Positions 12,589 to 24,765 of a stretch of 64,000 bases of DNA are shown here, in pieces. Numbering within the stretch: the first letter of the stretch is position 1; each line of letters starts with the position of its first letter. The notes under the pieces were generated by a model. That model saw nothing but the letters and a program-made list of their open reading frames with translations, made no database searches and was not told the DNA's origin. This stretch comes from Eledone cirrhosa (Eukaryota), in NCBI GenBank assembly GCA_964016885.1, contig OZ024741.1:303304001-303368000 (forward strand), read 5' to 3'. A program made the position numbers and the translations under genes.

Positions 12589-15296
12589 ATGTTGTCCTTG
12601 AATACACGTAGTCTATGCAATAAGATTCATCTTTTTGACTCCTACGTCAAAAGTATCAACCCTGACTTCATTACAGTCGCAGAAACTTGGGCACATCCCT
12701 TACTCTGTGATGGGGTTTTCAGCATGACTGGCTACAGCCTGTTTCGTAAAGACCGCATTAATCGTTGTGGTGGTGGTGTAATGGTGTACGTTCGGTCAAA
12801 TCTGTCGGCAATTCCTTGTGTTGATTTGAACCAATCACAGCAGGAAGTTTTTTTCTGCGATATACGTATGACCATGTCAACACTGCTACTTGGAGTCGTT
12901 TACCGTCCCCCAAATTACCATCAGGACACTCAACTTTGTGATATCCTCAGAGCTGCTGCCAGGAAAACAGCCACTTATGTTTTCATTGCAGGAGACTTCA
13001 ATCACCCTGAGATTGACTGGGAAACCTTTCGTTGGCCGCCAAGTGCAAATGACTTCCTTGAGCTAGTGCTGGACTCGAATTGGTCCCAAGTAGTCACCTC
13101 CCCAACAAGAGGTGACAACACTTTGGACCTACTCTTCACCACTACTCCTGAAACGGTCATTAGTGTTACTGCTGAGGAACCTTTAGGTGACTCTGATCAT
13201 GCTATGATCATTGCCAATCTATCCCTCATAGGCAGTAACAAGAACCACAACCATCTCCAAACTGCTCACTTTGACTGGAATAAAGCAGACTGGAACAGTT
13301 ACTGCACCGAGTTGCAACGGCCAAACTGGCTTGAGTTCTACGACTCTGGAGATGTCAACACTGTACTCCAGAGCTCAATATGGACAGCATGTGCAGCATC
13401 GGTGCCACGTAAGCGGAAGAAACATTTCCAAAAGTGCAATTTGGGAGACTGCAGCAGAAAAGAACGGCACAATGCTGAACGTGAGTACAAACTTCACAAA
13501 TCAGACATTGATACGAAGAGGCGAAATAGATCGTCCAACCACCTCAAACAGGTGAGAAAAAAGGCAGTGCTTCAATTTGAGCAGCACATAGCAACCAGCC
13601 CTGACAGTAAGGTGTTCTGGAAGTATGTTCACTCAAAGCAGAGGCCTCACTCTCGAATTGGTCCTCTTCACAATCCCCACACAAGCCAGGTTACTGACGA
13701 CCCCAAGAAATGCGCAGAGCTGAATGCTATGCAGGAATTTTCACTATTGAAGACCAGAGTGTACCATCTCCACCACCTATGACACCGGACTCTATTACAA
13801 CCATGGAATTTACACCTGCAATGCTGCGACATCACCTAAAAAATAAACGCAACCATGCCTCTCCTGGTCTTGATGGTGTTACGTACCTACTTCTTAAACG
13901 TGGTGGGTACTTCCTTCTGCACCAGTCATCACGCTTCTTCCAATTCTGTCTGAACAACAGTGCTACTCCAGAACAGTGGAAAACTGCCAGTGTCATTCCT
14001 CTGTTCAAAAAGGGTGACCGCACATCACCTGTGAACTATCGTCCAGTCAGTCTTATTAGTTGCATTGCCAAACTGATGGAATCCTGTGTCAGAGAAACAA
14101 TTTGGAACTTCTGGAGCTCTCACAGTCTTATCCGTCCCTCGCAATTTGGATTTATCCCCAAATCCAGCTGCTGTGATCAACTTATCGAGTTTCTTGAAGA
14201 CATCACCTGGATCACTGATGGCGGCTCATGGGTGGATGTTGTTTACCTTGACTTTGCGAAAGCCTTCAATTCTGTGCCACACAAAAGGCACACTCTCTGC
14301 AATGGGTGTGATGGATGATCTTTTTAACTGGTTGAAGTCCTTCATTCTCAGTCGAAGAGAGGTAGTCACGGTTCTGGGACAGCATTCCTCACCATATGAG
14401 ATGTCATCTGGTGTACAACAGGGATGTTTGTGGCATATATTAATGACATAGATGCCAACTTAAAGAATTCCACAGTACTAAAGTACGCAGATGACATCAA
14501 GCTGTACCTTGAGATAAATAGGACAGATCCTGAACACTATAGATCTTGCTTGCAGTCTGACCTGGACACAATGCAACAATGGATCTCAGACTGGCAACTG
14601 AAGCTAGCTGTGGATAAGTGTACCACCATGCATTTTGGGGGTAAAAACCCAGTGTCCACATACTCCCTCCACAGCACTAATATCAAGAAGTCTTCTTGTG
14701 AACGTGACCTGGGCATTACGGTCAGCAGCGATTTGCATTGGACGAAGCACGTCTCTAAAATTGTGAAGAGGGCCGAGGGTGTCTTAACATCACTCAGCAA
14801 GACCTTTGTCAGCCGCTCCCCAGCTATCTATTTAAGGCTGTACATGGGTATGGTGCGGCCACACTTAGAATTTGCATCACCAGTCTGGAACCCCTAACTT
14901 GCTCAGAACATTGACCGCCTGGAAACTGTTCAGAGACGTGCAAACAAGCGAATACCCTCCATCAGGAATCTACCATACTCTGAGCGCCTTGCTTCCCTGG
15001 GCATGGATACATTGAAGCTCCGACGCCTGGCAACAGACTTGGTAAACACCCACAAAATTGTTAACCATCTTGCCAACAACAACCCTGAGTACCTTTTTGA
15101 TTTCCATGTGTCTAACACACGTGGGCATGCCCACAAAGTCAGAAAACAGTACAGTTCCCATGACTTTCGGAAAAGTTTTTTCACGCTCAGAGTTGCTGAA
15201 GCATGGAACAAACTACCTGCATCAATTGTTAGCTGTCGAGACACGGCATCCTTTAAGGCCTCCATGCTTACCGTGATTCGCCAACACTACACCTAA
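12589..15296 (+). pseudogene. LINE ORF2 (AP endonuclease plus reverse transcriptase), with frameshifts and an in-frame stop
   Basis: Endonuclease: VAETW, VVYRPP, GDFNHP, LDLLFT, SDHAMI. RT: SPGLDG, NYRPVSL, QFGF, YLDFAKAF, GVQQG, KYADD. Broken into four ORF pieces; TAA at 14895-14897. Confidence 0.93.
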
Positions 15297-15375
15297 TGTT
15301 CCCCCTCCATACACATGCACACATGTATACCATGACTCATACACTATTCACTTCCCTATATATATATATATATAG

Positions 15376-15411
<36 letters not shown>

Positions 15412-15412
<1 letters not shown>

Positions 15413-15543
15413 GCTTGTTTTCACGTTACTCGATCGTCAATACAAAATTATAACCAGTCAGTTCTTCGGAGCATGCGAGCATGCTCCGAAGAACTGACTG
15501 GTTATAATTTTGTATTGGCGATCGAGTAACGTGAAAACAAGCG
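15412..15543. repeat. 132-bp near-perfect palindrome centred near 15477
   Basis: cgcttgttttcacg...ttcggagcatgc-ga-gcatgctccgaa...cgtgaaaacaagcg, with one mismatch. Confidence 0.92.
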
Positions 15544-15589
15544 AATAGCGATCTCTAGACCTACCAGTTCAGAGAAACAATTGTCAGCA
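15482..15589 (+). ncRNA. Type I hammerhead ribozyme motif with variant core CCGAAGA and long stem II insertion
   Basis: tgct CCGAAGA a-ctgactgg...ccagttcag-a GAAAC aatt GTC agca; triplet GUC. Confidence 0.68.
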
Positions 15590-15820
15590 ATGAGATTAAA
15601 AACCTTTTTTGTATAGCAAACCATGTCAATCTTCTTACCTGATTTATTATTACTCCAAGTGTTTACAACATAGGAATTAGAGCATACTCGCAACATCACT
15701 ATGAAAACGTCTTGTTGAGTCAAACCAAGCCAAGCGTTGATATCATCCACTACCCGGAATACCATAACTGGACTACACCTAAGTGGACTGCATATAACTA
15801 TTATTTGTTACCCCGTATAT

Positions 15821-15853
<33 letters not shown>

Positions 15854-16289
15854 ATATATATATATTATATATATATATATTATATATAATATATATATAT
15901 TATATATATATATATATGATATATATATATATATATATATATATGATATATATATATAATATATATATATAACATATATATATAATATATATATATATAT
16001 AATATATATATATAAATATATATATATATAACATATATATATATATATAAAATATATATATATATAAATATGATATATATATATAATATATATTTATATA
16101 TATATAAATATATATAATATATATATAATATATATATTTATATATATATAAATATAATATATATATAATATATAATATATATATTTATATATATAAAGGA
16201 ACGATCGACTTTCGTCAAATCGAACCGAGGGAACAATGTTTCCGTTGGTCTTTCCAATTGCTAATACTATCTATCGGTCGCAACTCCAG

Positions 16290-16417
16290 GTAGAAGGAGC
16301 AACGTGAAATAAAGTGTCTTGCTCAAGGACATAACGCATCACCTGGTCCAGGAATCGAACTCACAACCTTACGATTGCGAATCCAATTCCCTAACCACTC
16401 AGCCACACGCCTTCACT
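16290..16417 (-). mobile_element. tRNA-derived SINE, second family (5' part)
   Basis: Reverse complement has A box TGGCTGAGTGG and B box GTTCGATTCC, then gtccttgagcaagacactttatttcacgttgctcc. Related pieces at ~52920-53140 and ~59080-59220 (+). Confidence 0.8.
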
Positions 16418-16426
16418 ATATCTATA

Positions 16427-16631
<205 letters not shown>

Positions 16632-16649
16632 AAAAAAAAAGAATCCCCA

Positions 16650-16692
16650 GTCACTGAAGAGGTCACAGAATGTCCGACGAAAGAACTTTGAT
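16650..16692 (+). ncRNA. Minimal type I hammerhead ribozyme motif
   Basis: gtca CTGAAGA g-gtc...gac GAAAG aa CTT tgat; triplet CUU; very short stem III. Confidence 0.6.
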
Positions 16693-16930
16693 AATATATG
16701 AGCAATCGTCTAGTTGTGGAACTAACCAACCAACCGGAAATTTATAAATTCCTAAGTTTATAAATTTAATTCATAATAAATTGAAGTGAAACAACTGGAG
16801 GGTGTATTTCTTATTTGCAACATGACCCTCCCAAAGCATAACAATATCGGTTTCAACACACGTTTTCAGATAAAGAATCTTGCTAAACAAATTCAGAAAC
16901 GAAATATGTATATATATATATATATATATA

Positions 16931-17008
16931 TTTCCTGACGACGGAATGCTTTTCTATATATTCTTCGGAAAATATATTTACTCCATTCCAGAAACTAATT
17001 AGTTGGAA
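16931..17008 (+). ncRNA. Type I hammerhead ribozyme motif
   Basis: tttc CTGACGA c-ggaatg...cattcc-a GAAAC taatta GTT ggaa. Stem III region aactaattagtt is self-complementary. Confidence 0.7.
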
Positions 17009-17260
17009 GTGATATTTTAGTAAGTATATAAATGTTACTAGATATAAATTCTTTATATATATGTATATATATATATATATATGTATGTATATAATATATA
17101 TATATATATATATGTATATAATATATATATATATATGTATATAATATATATATATATATGTATATAATATATATATATATATATATGTACATAAAATATA
17201 TATATATATGTATATATATATATGTATAATATATATAGATATGTATATATATATATGTAT

Positions 17261-17291
<31 letters not shown>

Positions 17292-17461
17292 GTATATATA
17301 TATATGTATAATATATATGGATATGTATATATATATATGTATAATATATATATATGTATAATATATATGTATATGTATATATATATGTATAATATATATA
17401 TATGTATAATATATATATCTGTATAATATATATATATATATATTATATATATATATGTATA

Positions 17462-17501
<40 letters not shown>

Positions 17502-17532
17502 AATATAGATATGTATAATATATATGTATAAT

Positions 17533-17566
<34 letters not shown>

Positions 17567-17628
17567 ATATATATATATATTATATATATATAATATATAT
17601 ATATATATATAATATATATATATATATA

Positions 17629-17807
17629 ATTGTTTCTACTTTAGGCACAAGGCCAGCAATTACCCAGTGCATTACTGGTACTTTATTTTATCGACCCCAT
17701 AAGGATGAAAAGTCAACCTCGGCGGGATTTGAACTCAGATCGTAAAGGGACGTAACTATGCTGGAAAGCATGGCGTCCGATCCTCTACCGATACTGCCAA
17801 TCCACCG

Positions 17808-17810
<3 letters not shown>
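17629..17810 (-). mobile_element. tRNA-headed SINE, dominant family
   Basis: Reverse complement has TGGCAGTATCGG (A box), GAGTTCAAATCC (B box) and the body gccgaggttgacttttcatcctt...ggggtcgataaa...gtaccagt. Confidence 0.88.
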
Positions 17811-17861
<51 letters not shown>

Positions 17862-17864
<3 letters not shown>

Positions 17865-18409
17865 GGGTAAAATTACCGAGATCCATGGACGAGTTCTCTC
17901 CAGCGGCCTCTGTCCCTCATTATCGCTGCCATATCCTGCATCTCCAACAGACCAGTGTCTGTCCTTAGGGCATCAACATATGTTAACCTTGGTCTTCCCC
18001 TTCTAGTGTGTCCATGTAGTGGCTCCCAAAGGAGCACTGAGTGCAATGTCAAATCTGGATGTCGGTGAGCATGTCCAGCCAACCTCAGTCTCCTCTGTGT
18101 CACTTTTGAGCTGACTTTTGAGCTGACTTTTGCCGACGACATAGTTTTGGTGACAAATACAGTGAAGGAGGCAGAGGATTTGATGCGGGAGGTTGAGACT
18201 GTGTCGATGAGTGTGGGGCTGAGAATGAATGAGACTAAAACAAAATATCTGGTAGAGAATGTTGAGAAGCCAGAGGGGATCACTAATGTAGGCGGGAAGC
18301 CGCTGGAATTGGTTGGGGACTTCCTGTATTTGGGAGCAAAGATTGGGAATACGGAAGATGATGTGGTTGAGAGGAAGAGCAAGGCCTGGGCGGCGTGTCA
18401 CAGCTTGAG
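17862..18409. mobile_element. RTE LINE insertion with inverted 5' part (3' end on minus, 17862-~18130; RT segment on plus, ~18128-18409)
   Basis: Minus strand: KVSSKV...LAGHAHRHP...GRPRLTYVD. Plus strand: FADDIVLV...GLRMNETKTK...FLYLG...RKSKAWAACHSL. (TA)n flanks. Confidence 0.88.
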
Positions 18410-18468
<59 letters not shown>

Positions 18469-18583
18469 ATATATATATTTTATATATATATATATATATA
18501 TAATATATATATAATTTATATATATATAATATATATATATCATATATATATATATATAATATATATATATATAATATATATAT

Positions 18584-18657
<74 letters not shown>

Positions 18658-18873
18658 TAAACGGAATAGAAAATGCTGACAAATTGTTCACAGTTGAAAA
18701 ATGGTTTAATTAGGAATAAAAGAGTATTAGTGATTGTATGGGTTAGTATTCAGTTGTGGTTTTAAGTTTTTAAGTTTTTACCGGTTGCGCATTTCTAAAT
18801 GCTTTTCAAAAATAATTTTGAGATAGAGTGTCCGTGCTGTTTGCTCTGATCTGATTAGTTTTGGGAATTCTAC

Positions 18874-19105
18874 CTGTTTTTATGTTAAAAAAGTGGCTCC
18901 AGCGTTACTTTGGTGTTGCAACATTTCTTGTGGTCAAAACAATTTTGATTGGTCGGTAGAGGTCATGTGAGTGTAAAAAAATTGATTTTGCGCCAAGACT
19001 GTTTTTATGTTAAAAAAGTGGCTCCAGCAACAATTCTTGTGGTCAAAACAATTTTGATTGGTCGGTAGAGGTCATGTGAATAAAAAATTGGTTTTACGCC
19101 AAGAT
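18874..19105. repeat. Two tandem ~105-125-bp units
   Basis: ctgtttttatgttaaaaaagtggctccagc...ttcttgtggtcaaaacaattttgattggtcggtagaggtcatgtga...cgccaaga occurs twice. Confidence 0.85.
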
Positions 19106-19129
19106 TGAGAAATGACTCTTTCACAACAA

Positions 19130-19223
<94 letters not shown>

Positions 19224-19271
19224 TAGTAGTAGTAGTAAGGTGTTCGATGTTGTGATAATGGCTATTGAGAT

Positions 19272-19310
<39 letters not shown>

Positions 19311-19850
19311 GCAGAGTGATTCGTGGTGGCAGGGATGGTCAGTAAGAATGTGTCTGAAAGCAATGGGGGGTATTTTAGCATGTCAAAAGATATTTTTCAG
19401 CTTTTGTCTTATACGGAGAAGTGCGTGTGTGTGTGTGTGTATAAGTCTCTTTGTATGTTGATGTACGCGTGTGTATGTGTGTGTATATATATATATGTGT
19501 GTGTGTGTGTGTGGGTGGACCAGTATTTTTTTCCCCCTGGTAAAATGGTGTACATTATTCAATTTTTTCAGTAAAATCGGTTCTCTTAATAGAACATCAA
19601 AAATCTTAACAATAAAAGGTGTGAAATGATATTCACTATATATATATACACACATACATATATTCACTATATACATATATATATATATATATATACATAT
19701 ATACATATATATACACATATATATGCACATATATTTTTTGTGTTGCACCATAGAGCATGTGTGTTTACGTATGTCATTGTGTTTATATGTGGGTAGAGAT
19801 GTGTGCTGATGTAGGTATGTATGTTGACGTGTGTATGTTGTGGGTTCGTC

Positions 19851-21587
19851 TTAGGGAGAAGTGTTTAGACGGGGTCCGTATTTGTTAATGAAGTAAGATT
19901 CCTTGCTGATGCGCTGGGTGTGGGTGGCATTATCTTTAAATTTGTAGAGGGGAAAGATTCTGAAGTTGGGATGATTTTGGGCGGCACAGGTATCAATGTG
20001 TTCACTCAGTGGTATTTTCCTGTATTCCCGTATTTTAATTTGGGATCTATGGACAGTCATGCGTTGGCGGAGGCTGTTTTTGGTCTGGCCTACGTATTGT
20101 TCTCGACAACCTGAACAAGTTAATACATATATTAGATTTTCCGATGCACATGTGAAATTGTGTTTTACTATAAAACGTTGTCCATCTTTGAAATAGAATT
20201 CCGAACCCTCTATTAGGTTGATGCAAATGCCACAGTTGGGTCTATCGCATTTTTTTACTGTGGGTTTCGTTGTTGTGGTTGGCAGTACTTTGGAATGTGT
20301 TAAGATGTTTTTCATTGACTTGGATTGTCTTTTGCTCTTTATGATATCGTGTGTTCGTAGAATTTGGTTCATTCTATGGTCCTTTTTCAATACAGGGATG
20401 TTCTGGAGGATGGTGTCAAAGGCCTCATTGTTGAGGGGGTTGTGTGTGGAGATGTATGGAAGAGCTTTTAGTTTTGGTTGATTTACTTTAGGGTGTCTAA
20501 GGTCCTGGGTACTGAGTTTTAGGGCACGTTGGATTCCATTGTCAATTAGTGATGCAGGGTAGTCCCTGCCTATGAGTGTGTCCTTTAGTTCTTGTAGCCG
20601 TAAGTAGCAGATGTTTTTATTGGAGACTATAGTACAGATTCTCTTGGCTAAGTTGTAAGGAATATTAATTTTAACGTGTCTAGGGTGGCAAGAGTTGAAG
20701 GGGAGATATTGCTTGGAGTCTGTGGGCTTGTAGTATATGTCTGTTTCTATTTTTTTGTTATGGATCTTAATGAGGATGTCGAGGAAGGGGAGTTGTTGAT
20801 GGCTGTATTCCATCGTGAAGTTAATATTTGTGTTGAGCCCATTTATAAGGGTGTGAAATTCTTTAAGTTTTTCGATGTTTTCGTGCCAAAGGATGAAGCA
20901 GTCATCTAGATATCGCTTCCAGTTCCTTTCAATGTGTAAGTGGAGGGTGTTTCCAAATTTGTTTAGGACTTTAGTGTAGAGGGTGATTTCCAGGTATCCC
21001 ATGACTAGGTTGGCATAAGTGGGGGCTGTTTTCGTTCCCATAGCGGTCCCAGATTTCTGCCTGTAGGGTTTGTTATTGAAAACGAAGTAATTGTTCTCCA
21101 AGATAAATTTGAGTCCCTCTATCACGAATTCTTTTTTGATGCGTTGTGGGAGTTCATTGTGGAAATTATCCAGCCAGAATTGGATAGCTTCTATTCCTAG
21201 GTTGTGGGGGATGTTGGAGTATAGGTTGACTACATCGAACGTCACTAGTAGGGTTTGTTCAGGAAGTGGCATATTAGGGAGGTGATTGAGCATATCTAGG
21301 TCGTCTCTTATATAGCTTTTGATGTGCTTGAGGAAGGGTTTGAGAAGGGTATCAATGAAGTTGCTAAGACGGTGCGTTTCACAAGCGGGGCCTGCTATTA
21401 TAGGTCTTAATTTGAGATCATTGGGTGAGGGGACATTGATGACTATGTCTGTGGCTTCCTTGCATGCCTTACTTATTGATTCGCTTTTATGTACTTTAGG
21501 GATACCGTAGAAAAGGCTGGATTTACTTGTGAAGTCTGTGATGAAGCTGTGATGAAGTCTGTGATGAAGCTGAATTACATCTATCAT
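19851..21587 (-). CDS. Penelope-like element RT plus GIY-YIG endonuclease (Neptune-type), open for 578 aa, N-terminus disrupted
   Basis: FYGIPKVHK, LRPII, LVTFDVVNLYSNIP, GTAMGT..APTYANL, RYLDDCF, LPFLD, YYKPTD, SCHPRH. Linker CDRPNCGIC. Endonuclease TCASENLIYVLTCSGCREQYVGQT...R..H...E...N. Confidence 0.93.
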   Translation of the reverse strand: MIDVIQLHHRLHHSFITDFTSKSSLFYGIPKVHKSESISKACKEATDIVINVPSPNDLKLRPIIAGPACETHRLSNFIDTLLKPFLKHIKSYIRDDLDMLNHLPNMPLPEQTLLVTFDVVNLYSNIPHNLGIEAIQFWLDNFHNELPQRIKKEFVIEGLKFILENNYFVFNNKPYRQKSGTAMGTKTAPTYANLVMGYLEITLYTKVLNKFGNTLHLHIERNWKRYLDDCFILWHENIEKLKEFHTLINGLNTNINFTMEYSHQQLPFLDILIKIHNKKIETDIYYKPTDSKQYLPFNSCHPRHVKINIPYNLAKRICTIVSNKNICYLRLQELKDTLIGRDYPASLIDNGIQRALKLSTQDLRHPKVNQPKLKALPYISTHNPLNNEAFDTILQNIPVLKKDHRMNQILRTHDIIKSKRQSKSMKNILTHSKVLPTTTTKPTVKKCDRPNCGICINLIEGSEFYFKDGQRFIVKHNFTCASENLIYVLTCSGCREQYVGQTKNSLRQRMTVHRSQIKIREYRKIPLSEHIDTCAAQNHPNFRIFPLYKFKDNATHTQRISKESYFINKYGPRLNTSP

Positions 21588-22242
21588 GGCGGTGGTATCT
21601 TTTCCCTATGTTTGACGATGAGGCATCCGCGTAGTAGTTGAGTGATTTGGTATGGTGTCTCCTTGAAGGGGGAAAGTTGTAAATGTCATTCTGGAGGAGA
21701 TGATTTCTTGGGTTTTTGTTCCTTCTTATGGTAGCGAGGTTGGGAAGTTCATCTTCGGTGTGGTGCTTCCTTCTTCGTTTGTTAGAGGCTTGGGGGTTTG
21801 AGAAGTTGTTGTGCGGTTCAGTTATGGGTTTTCCTATTTTTATGAACGGGTTATTGGAGGTGTAATCCGTTTGAAAAGTCGATTCATAGTGTAGGAACCA
21901 AGCGGCACTTTTTTCCCAGCGTTGAAGGAATTTCAGTTCTTCTCTGTTGCCGTCCCCTTTCCATAATTTGGAGATCTTCTCTACCTTGGGGCCTTCAGTT
22001 TTGTTGTTGATTTCCAGGAGGATCTCTTAATCGATGGTTTTGATTTTTTCCTCATTTGTTTGGGCCCTCAGTTTAAGAAGTTCAATTTCTGTCTTCATTT
22101 TTTCCAATGCCATTCTTTCCCTAAGGTGTCTTTGAGGTTCGGGTTCATTTGGAATGGACTTTATTTGTAGTTTACGGGGGAGAGTTAGAGGGGTTGAGTT
22201 AAGCCATTTTTCATATATCTCTGCTTTGTTGTGATTCTGTAT

Positions 22243-22248
<6 letters not shown>
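21588..22248 (-). pseudogene. Degraded upstream (N-terminal) part of the same PLE ORF
   Basis: Contiguous coding-like sequence on the same strand (73-aa ORF 22027-22248, LPRKLQIK...KTEIELLK), with frame breaks. Ends at (TA)n. Confidence 0.6.
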
Positions 22249-22291
<43 letters not shown>

Positions 22292-22576
22292 CAAATAACG
22301 AAACGAAATTAAATTTCGTTTCGCTTCTAACTCACTTTTGTATGACTGACGCTTAAACAATTAAGTTAAAGTGTACATCTACATATGTATACGGAAGTAT
22401 TAGTATGCATATAAATACACACATGTATACATATGTACATGTACTGAGTTTTTCACTAGACACTTTACAGTGAGTGTCAGCTAGTCTGTATGTAACCACA
22501 CAGACGGACCGGGTTTTAGAGTCATACGAGTTTTCAAGGAAACACATTTCCCCTATTCTCCAGAGGGCCAGACAGG

Positions 22577-22621
22577 AATATTGGACTAGTTTCGATGTTA
22601 TTACATCTCATCAGCAATATT
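22577..22621 (-). ncRNA. Canonical type I hammerhead ribozyme
   Basis: Reverse complement: aatattg CTGATGA gatgt-aata-acatc GAAAC ta GTC caatatt. 7-bp stem I, 5-bp stem II, GUC triplet. Enclosed by a 52-bp inverted repeat (22359-22410 / 22750-22801). Confidence 0.9.
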
Positions 22622-22795
22622 TACCCATCTTCCGGCTTCTCTGGAGAATTGTAAAAGCACATATCGTTATATGCTTTTTCTATGAAAATTAGTAGTGGGT
22701 AGACTAATTTGCATAGAACGCTGAACCGGTGCGTACAATGACTCACGTCATGCATACTAATACTTCCGTATACATATGTAGATGTACACTTTAAC

Positions 22796-22881
<86 letters not shown>

Positions 22882-22885
<4 letters not shown>

Positions 22886-23065
22886 GTTTCTACTTTTAGA
22901 ACAAGGCCAGCAATTACCCAATACATTACTGGTACTTTGTTTTATCGACCCGAATGGATGACAGGTAAAGTTAACCTCGGTGGGATTTGAACTCAGATCC
23001 TAAAGGGACGTAACTATGCTGGAAAGCATGGCGTCCGACCCTCTACCTATACTGCCAATCCCCCT
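22882..23065 (-). mobile_element. tRNA-headed SINE, dominant family
   Basis: Close match to 17629-17810. Confidence 0.88.
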
Positions 23066-23075
23066 ATATATATAT

Positions 23076-23334
23076 ATGACCCCGACGGCAGAGCTCAAGC
23101 CGTTTCGACGGCTATTTCTGGACTCATATATATATATATATATATAACGGAGGAAATGTGGTAAGGAACCAGGTGGACCATAACGCACCAAAGTACTCAA
23201 TACTTAGGGTAGTAGAGTGGGTAATAGGAACGAGTAGGACCCCGACGGCTGAGCTCAAGCCGTTTCGACGGCTAATTCAGTCCAGAATTAGCCGTCGAAA
23301 CGGCTTGAGCTCAGCCGTCGGGGTCCTACTCGTT

Positions 23335-23372
<38 letters not shown>

Positions 23373-23402
23373 CTCTGCCGTCGGGGTCATACTTTTTCCT
23401 AT
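23076..23402. repeat. Cluster of pLTR-like fragments including a 116-bp hairpin (23224-23339) carrying the 3' half of an HHR
   Basis: Arm reads gccgtc GAAAC ggc-ttgagctca-gcc GTC ggggtc. Further pieces at 23076-23124 and 23368-23402. Same family at 26850-27045 and 58350-58403. Confidence 0.75.
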
Positions 23403-23446
23403 ATATAATATATATATATAATATATATATAATATATATATTATAT

Positions 23447-23480
<34 letters not shown>

Positions 23481-23510
23481 ATATATATATATATAATATA
23501 ATATATATAT

Positions 23511-24488
23511 TAAAGAGTGTAGGGCCAATTGAGGTGAAATAATTGTGCCGTATTGTTGTTATGTGATGCGAGTGAGATTTCGGACTTGCCTTCAGTCAGA
23601 CCTACTGGCTGTTATCCAATGGGCAGAAATGAATAATATGCTGTTGAATGAGGATAAATTTGAATTAATCCACTTTGGAAAAGAAGATGCCCTGAAACTA
23701 CCATACTCTCTTCCTTAGGGTGACACTCTAGTGGCATCCAATAACATCGGAGCCCTGGGAGTAATTGTGGTCAACAATATAAGCTGGGCCACTCATATAA
23801 ACAGCAAAGTTGATATGGCTCGCAGAATGTGTTCCTGGGTTCTTAGAACTTTCCAGTCGAGAGATATCCACACTGTTATCCTTCACTTCTCCACTTTTGC
23901 CCGACCCCACCTTGAATACTGTGGTCACCCCACACGAAACAAATTATCATGAAAGTTGAAGCACCCCAAAGGTCAATTATAAAACAGATAGATGGTATGA
24001 CAGTCCTTGACTATTGAAGTCGATTAGAAAAACTCAAACTTTATTCTCTTCAACGCCACCGTGAGCGCTACATTATCTGTATGATGTGGGAAATATTCCA
24101 TTAGCTTTGCCCAAATGATGTTGGCATCACCTTTAGTGTACACACAAGGCTTGGGCCCCGTGCTATCCGCCCACGACAAAAATTTCACTCGCATCACATA
24201 ACAACAATACGGCACAATTATTCCACCTCAATTGGCCCTGCACTCTTTAACATTACACCAAGACACATCAAAGCAGAGACAGACCCCATCAAGTTCAAGA
24301 AGTCTTTGGATAAATTCCTTCAAGAAATCCCTGATAAGCCCCCTACACCCGGATATGCTTCCGTAAACAATAACTCTCTGCTCGAGTGGGCCATGGTGCC
24401 CAAACACTGATTTGCAAGACTTCGCCAGGTGGTGCTATTAAGTTAGACATGGCCTGGGCCAATACTGGCCGAAACCTATCACAGTTAT
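23511..24488 (+). mobile_element. 5'-truncated CR1/Crack-like LINE (RT C-terminal region plus 3' UTR), decayed
   Basis: LQSDLLAVIQWAEMNNMLLNEDKFELIHFGK, RMCSWVLRTFQSRD, FARPHLEYC, GPALFNITP...FKKSLDKFLQEIPDKP. Confidence 0.85.
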
Positions 24489-24693
24489 ATATGTATATAT
24501 TATATAATATATATATATATAATATATATATATATAATATATATATATATAATATATAATATGTAAGTGTCTGTTTATTGTCTGGTCTTAATGTATTCTA
24601 TAGAATTTGCAGGTGGTTAAATCAAAAGTATGACGGTTGAGGGCAACGAGTTCGTGTTCATTCAGCGGCCTTGCACTAAGATCTCTCTCTCTT

Positions 24694-24760
<67 letters not shown>

Positions 24761-24765
<5 letters not shown>

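Larger units (their letters stand above)
11232..15358 (+). mobile_element. Near-full-length CR1-group LINE (ORF1 plus APE-RT ORF2), inactivated, inserted in (TA)n
   Basis: Two-ORF layout with AP-endonuclease and RT motifs and a CR1-type C-terminus (TRGHAHKV...FFTLRVAEAWNKLP). (TA)n on both sides. Confidence 0.93.
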
